From the NCBI GenBank assembly GCA_001770205.1, contig MEQL01000039.1, positions 198,787-262,786 of the forward strand: 64,000 nt of DNA, written 5' to 3'. Origin of the DNA: Bdellovibrionales bacterium RIFOXYD12_FULL_39_22 (lineage in GTDB: Bacteria > Bdellovibrionota > Bacteriovoracia > Bacteriovoracales > Bacteriovoracaceae). Both the position numbers and the translations under genes were made by a program. This document shows, piece by piece, positions 59,916 to 64,000 of this stretch. Under the pieces are notes generated by a model. That model did not search any database, was not told the origin of the DNA, and worked only from the letters and a program-made list of their open reading frames with translations. The number at the start of each line of letters is the position of its first letter. The first letter of the stretch is position 1.

Positions 59916-59945
59916 AGAAGAAAAAATAAAGCGTGGAGGTGTTCT

Positions 59946-60434
59946 ATGAGCTTACCAAAAAAAATAGTAAATGGAACTTCGACCCAATTTGAAGTCATTG
60001 AAAATGAAAAGATAACATCCTGTAATATTGAGGATATAGTCGTAGCAGGTGCATTATTATCACTTACCGTATTCGAAAATGTTACCTTTAAAAACTGCAT
60101 TTTTTTTGCCTCTCGGTTGGAAAATTGTCAATTTTTAAGCTGCAATTTTATTGGTTGCAGCTTTCAATTCACAAATATTATTTATTGTGATTATCACTTC
60201 TCAACCTTTGAAAAATGCAGTTGGGAAACCTCTTTTGCCAAAAACTCACTTTTTTCTCGCTGCGAAATTGATTTCAAATCTTTGCACTACCTGGATGTAG
60301 TGGGAAATAAAAACAGATTTCTCATCGGGGGCCAACGGAATGACTCTCGAGAGAAAGAGGAGATCGCTTCAAAGGTCAGCGCTTTCCAGTACGAGGAGAC
60401 AGAAGAGTATATTATTTCTGACTTAGCAGCATAG
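59946..60434 (+). CDS. Pentapeptide-repeat protein
   Basis: FENVT-FKNCI-FFASR-LENCQ-FLSCN-FIGCS 5-residue periodicity. Confidence 0.8.
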   Translation: MSLPKKIVNGTSTQFEVIENEKITSCNIEDIVVAGALLSLTVFENVTFKNCIFFASRLENCQFLSCNFIGCSFQFTNIIYCDYHFSTFEKCSWETSFAKNSLFSRCEIDFKSLHYLDVVGNKNRFLIGGQRNDSREKEEIASKVSAFQYEETEEYIISDLAA

Positions 60435-60501
60435 GTTTGATTTCCTCCTAGCTAGCTAAAAAAGTCTTTATGGTTTGAAACATAAGAGGTAGCTTTATGA
60501 C

Positions 60502-61164
60502 ATGCAAAAATATTATTTTTTGAAAGTAATAATTCCAATATTGTTGGCCAATAGCGCCATCTGGGCCGCCCCCGGGCGCATCGAAATACAAAATAATGAA
60601 TCTCGTTATATCTTATCTGCGCCACATGGTGGTTTTGACTTATACACTGATGTCGTGGCCGAAAGTGTTTGTCGTGAAATAAAATGGTCTTGCATAATTG
60701 CTTCTGGATATCGCGGAGAGGGAGAAGGCCCCAACGTGAATCGCCCCACTCAAGGAGTAAAGGGAGAAACTCCTTCAAAGGAGGCCCAGGAAGTTTTTGA
60801 AAAATATGTTGCCGCAATAACTTCTTTGCACCATCCTTCTGAAATTTTGCTTTATGTAGAAATTCATGCTCAGCGGGCCAATCAAAATATTGAGGTCGCC
60901 GCCGTGGGATTTAGTAGCGACGAATTGGCAAATTTGAAGAAAATAATGACATCCAATATCCAGCAGGCCGGACTTACCAATACAACGATGGCCGTGGAAA
61001 TGATCGATCCAATAAAATATAAAGCGACACAAGCAAAAAAAATCGGCACTCTTTCCATGGTGAAACGCGCCTTGCATTTAGAGGTTCCCTCTCGACTCCC
61101 GGTTGAAGAACAAAAACAATTAATTGAATTCTTTAAAATTTCACTCCGTCAACTTGTCAACTAA
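60502..61164 (+). CDS. Exported Zn-carboxypeptidase-fold hydrolase (poly-gamma-glutamate hydrolase / N-formylglutamate amidohydrolase-like)
   Basis: Signal; SAPHGGFD, NVNR, YVEIH, LHLEV. Confidence 0.5.
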   Translation: MQKYYFLKVIIPILLANSAIWAAPGRIEIQNNESRYILSAPHGGFDLYTDVVAESVCREIKWSCIIASGYRGEGEGPNVNRPTQGVKGETPSKEAQEVFEKYVAAITSLHHPSEILLYVEIHAQRANQNIEVAAVGFSSDELANLKKIMTSNIQQAGLTNTTMAVEMIDPIKYKATQAKKIGTLSMVKRALHLEVPSRLPVEEQKQLIEFFKISLRQLVN

Positions 61165-61180
61165 CAAAAGGATAATAAAA

Positions 61181-61621
61181 ATGACCGCAACAATCTTACT
61201 GATTAGAAGAAATATTATCTGGGGAATTTTTCTGATGCTTTGTTTGCCATGTTCCATGGCCACCGCAAAAACTGCTGCTATAGAAGTTTTCCACTCCAGC
61301 TACGAACAAGTTAATTACTTCAAGCTCTATTACGGAACTGTTCCCGGTGGACGAACCGGAACTGGATTAGTTTTTGAGGGAAACAGCACCAGCTCTCCAA
61401 TCAATATTGGAAAAGGCCAGGCGATGGGCGCAGGTAATTTTCTAGTTGAAGTTTCGGGCCTAAATATTCCAGCAGAGACCTATTTTTTTACCCTGACTGC
61501 TATAGATGCCAGCGGTAACGAGTCTTCCTTTTCAAATGAAATGGGGACAAAAACACTATCGACACCAACAGGAGTAAAGGTCTCGCTTGTTTTTAACAAT
61601 TCAAATAAGGTTAAAGATTAG
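61181..61621 (+). CDS. Exported fibronectin type III domain protein
   Basis: YFKLYYGT...SGL...TYFFTLTAIDASGNESSFSNE. Confidence 0.75.
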   Translation: MTATILLIRRNIIWGIFLMLCLPCSMATAKTAAIEVFHSSYEQVNYFKLYYGTVPGGRTGTGLVFEGNSTSSPINIGKGQAMGAGNFLVEVSGLNIPAETYFFTLTAIDASGNESSFSNEMGTKTLSTPTGVKVSLVFNNSNKVKD

Positions 61622-62060
61622 CATCATTAACTGATTCAGAGAGAGAACTCTCCTCCGTTCCACGGAATGCTGAAACTGCAAAATAACAGACGATATCGCC
61701 TCTTACGTCTTCAAGAATATATGCAGGGGCATTACTGTTTTCTAAATCATCAACGTCAATAACCAACGGAGAAGAAATCTCTCCGTTTACCACGCAATTT
61801 CCGTTATAATTATCCTCTTCTGTTCCAAAATAGATTTTATAACCGGAAATAGTCTCCTCTTCTGGATTGGCATCCCACTCAATGGTACGAGATACAATTT
61901 GCGCTGATTGATCCGAGGGTGTTGGAGCAGGAGCTGATTTGTCCGTACCATCGTCATCAACAGAACTGCCACGCAGAGACACTTTTTTGATACATGCCTG
62001 TGATAGAAGTATTAAGCAGGTTGCAATCAACAGTTTATAAAAAAGTAATCTTAAAAGCAT
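61611..62060 (-). CDS. Fibronectin type III domain lipoprotein
   Basis: LSQAC lipobox; WDANPE..ISGYKIYFGT...YFAVSAF...ESSLSE. Confidence 0.75.
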   Translation of the reverse strand: MLLRLLFYKLLIATCLILLSQACIKKVSLRGSSVDDDGTDKSAPAPTPSDQSAQIVSRTIEWDANPEEETISGYKIYFGTEEDNYNGNCVVNGEISSPLVIDVDDLENSNAPAYILEDVRGDIVCYFAVSAFRGTEESSLSESVNDANL

Positions 62061-62381
62061 AGATACCTCATCAAATCGCCTCTTAAATCCCAATTAGTGA
62101 TAGGCCAATTCTAACATGTTTTTTAAGATGTTTTAGGGGATATAGAATGCAAAATATTAGGCGCTGTAAAAACAGATGGATGTACAGAAAAATGGGCCAA
62201 TTTGCGCTAATCAATTAGTATCTAGTTCGATTTATAGTGCCTAGAAAAATGGGCACACTGTTGGGTCCTGATATGTACTGTTCGGTTCCTGATTATGGCA
62301 ATGACATCCGTGACACCAAGCAAATAGATCATGAGTGAATATTTTTTATACATAAAAAAGCTCCTTGCCCATTTAACTTTT

Positions 62382-62903
62382 TTATTCCCAGGCAGGCCGA
62401 GGAAGTCCTCCGGGGTATCTACTACTAACTTGCTGTTTATGGCATGTGCCACAGTAGATCAAACTATCGACTTCATCAGGGTCAAAATATCTATGTAGCT
62501 TGGGATATATTGAGCCGTGAGGATTATGACAAGAGGCGCAGCTAAATTTTTTTTCCGGATAAAGTGGATCAGTGGGCCCTTGTGTGGCATGCATATTAAT
62601 CGGATGTCCTCTTCCATCCCCATAACGAACATCGTCATGACAACTGAGACAGAGCTCGTTGATGTTATCGTATAACAAGCGAGCAGATTTTGAACCACTC
62701 ATCAAATCCTTCGGGGATGTCGAAGAAGAAGTGGTGTGTGTTTTGTGACAGAGAACACACTCGTAGGCCATTCCCCCATGAGCAGATCCTTTAACTTTCG
62801 TATCATGACAAAAAAGACAATTATTCCAATCAACGCCGACGGCCACCTCGGCCCAGTTTCCCAGAAAAAATACCAAAGCTACGTAGCGAGATAAATATTT
62901 CAT
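62382..62903 (-). CDS. Periplasmic pentaheme c-type cytochrome (doubled-CxxCH family)
   Basis: Signal peptide; CLFCH, CVLCH, CLSCH, CASCHNPHGS, CGTCH. Confidence 0.88.
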   Translation of the reverse strand: MKYLSRYVALVFFLGNWAEVAVGVDWNNCLFCHDTKVKGSAHGGMAYECVLCHKTHTTSSSTSPKDLMSGSKSARLLYDNINELCLSCHDDVRYGDGRGHPINMHATQGPTDPLYPEKKFSCASCHNPHGSIYPKLHRYFDPDEVDSLIYCGTCHKQQVSSRYPGGLPRPAWE

Positions 62904-63126
62904 TGAAGGCCTCTCTTTTCATTGTGCAGTATGCGCAATACTATTTTAAAATGCAAAACGATAGCACATTTTCAGCTCTCTATGTTGGCCATTACCAACA
63001 ATTACATACCCCTTTTGTAAAAATGTTGGCCGGACAACTTATTAAAATCAGATCAACATCAAATTGGGTTAGATTCTTTTTGGAAGCTTCGGCCGCTTCA
63101 AGCGAGGTCGCTTTGAAAGGTTTGCT

Positions 63127-64000
63127 TTAAATGTTTTCCCCTTTCAATATTCTCATGGTGTTTTTCAAAAACTTCTCGATGGGGATAAGGTGAATATCTT
63201 CAACATAACGTTCATCGCCGCCCCATACAAAAAAAGTTTTTGCCATTGCGTAATCTGCCTTAAAAGTTCTCAGTCCATCCAACTCTCCACCACGAAGTCG
63301 ATCAGCACGTTTAACTTCAATAGCAATCAGTCCTTGAGGGCCGTAGAGTACGATATCGACATCTACACTCTTTTGCACTTTCCAGCAGAAAAATTCATAT
63401 TGTAAATTATTATACTCATTTTCGGCCATCAACTCTTGAAGTACCAGGCCCTCCCAAGCGGGGCCATCAATTTCGGCCTCCACATCCAGAGGCCCTCGCG
63501 GCCGAAGTGTTCGATAAACCCCTGTGTCAAAAAAATAAAATTTCGGATGCGCAGCAACGGACCGTTTGGCCTTCTTGGTAAAGACGGGCAGTTGATGTCC
63601 AATAAGTAAATCCTCTAAAATTTGAAAATATTGCCCTACTGTTTTTCTCTCAACGTTACAATCGCTAGCAACTTTTGAAATATTTAGGTAATGGCCATGT
63701 GAAAAACTTGCGACTTCTAAAAAGCGGGCAAAAGCTTCCATGTTTCGCGTTAATCCCTCCTGAAAAACCTCTTCCTTCAAATATGTTTTTATATACGCAT
63801 GTAAAAATGCATCCGCATCGGGATCTAGATATGCTTTGGGTATATGTCCAACTTTGACTGACTTTTCGAAATTAAAATCCACTCCTAATTCTCGCACGGT
63901 AAGAGGAAACATTTTTTTAGTCAACGCTCTTCCGGCCAGAAGGTTTACGCCCTGTTTTCGTAATTTCCTTGCTGATGAGCCAGTTAAAATAAAGCGTGTT
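63127..64000 (-). CDS. AAA_14 ATPase with DUF4143 domain (runs off right edge)
   Basis: FILTGSSARKL...LLAGRA, KFYFFDTG, DVDIV, AIEVK. Confidence 0.88.
   Translation of the reverse strand, partial: TRFILTGSSARKLRKQGVNLLAGRALTKKMFPLTVRELGVDFNFEKSVKVGHIPKAYLDPDADAFLHAYIKTYLKEEVFQEGLTRNMEAFARFLEVASFSHGHYLNISKVASDCNVERKTVGQYFQILEDLLIGHQLPVFTKKAKRSVAAHPKFYFFDTGVYRTLRPRGPLDVEAEIDGPAWEGLVLQELMAENEYNNLQYEFFCWKVQKSVDVDIVLYGPQGLIAIEVKRADRLRGGELDGLRTFKADYAMAKTFFVWGGDERYVEDIHLIPIEKFLKNTMRILKGENI

Noticed and set aside
63127..64000. AAA_14/DUF4143 ATPase as a defence system
   Set aside because: A widespread stand-alone family, truncated by the window edge, with no partner visible

Overview
AT-rich (GC estimated by eye at roughly 35-40%) bacterial chromosomal segment. 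Gene style and content suggest Bdellovibrionota (Bacteriovoracia-like); this is an inference. Mostly core genes: a partial S1C protease, psd, a reduced dcw cluster (mraY-murD-ftsW-murC-murB-ftsQ-like-ftsA-ftsZ), a UbiB/ABC1 kinase, greA-recG, tpx, the long minus-strand rpsB-tsf-pyrH-frr-uppS-cdsA-rseP-tsaB-pssA-OMP-truA-tig run, ftsK, a Thr-Tyr-Gly-Thr-tuf-Trp tRNA cluster, rlmB, proS, lpxC, ruvCAB, gcvTH, slyD and a cluster A-I metal ABC transporter. From about 52.8 kb onward is an accessory region of mostly uncharacterised exported proteins. Best leads: (1) a compact operon of three acyltransferases (FeeM/LuxI-like GNAT, long GNAT, HxxxDG condensation-type) with no synthase, a candidate undescribed acyl-lipid or signal pathway; (2) the dcw MurD has lost several normally invariant residues; (3) a ~190-bp GC-rich structured element bracketed by a duplicated tRNA-Trp 3' end, where the usual secE-nusG synteny is broken; (4) apparent over-representation of GGCC; (5) sigma28-type promoters ahead of an XRE regulator and a TonB-like gene. 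No CRISPR array, rRNA, integrase or transposase was seen. All calls are by eye; no database searches were run.
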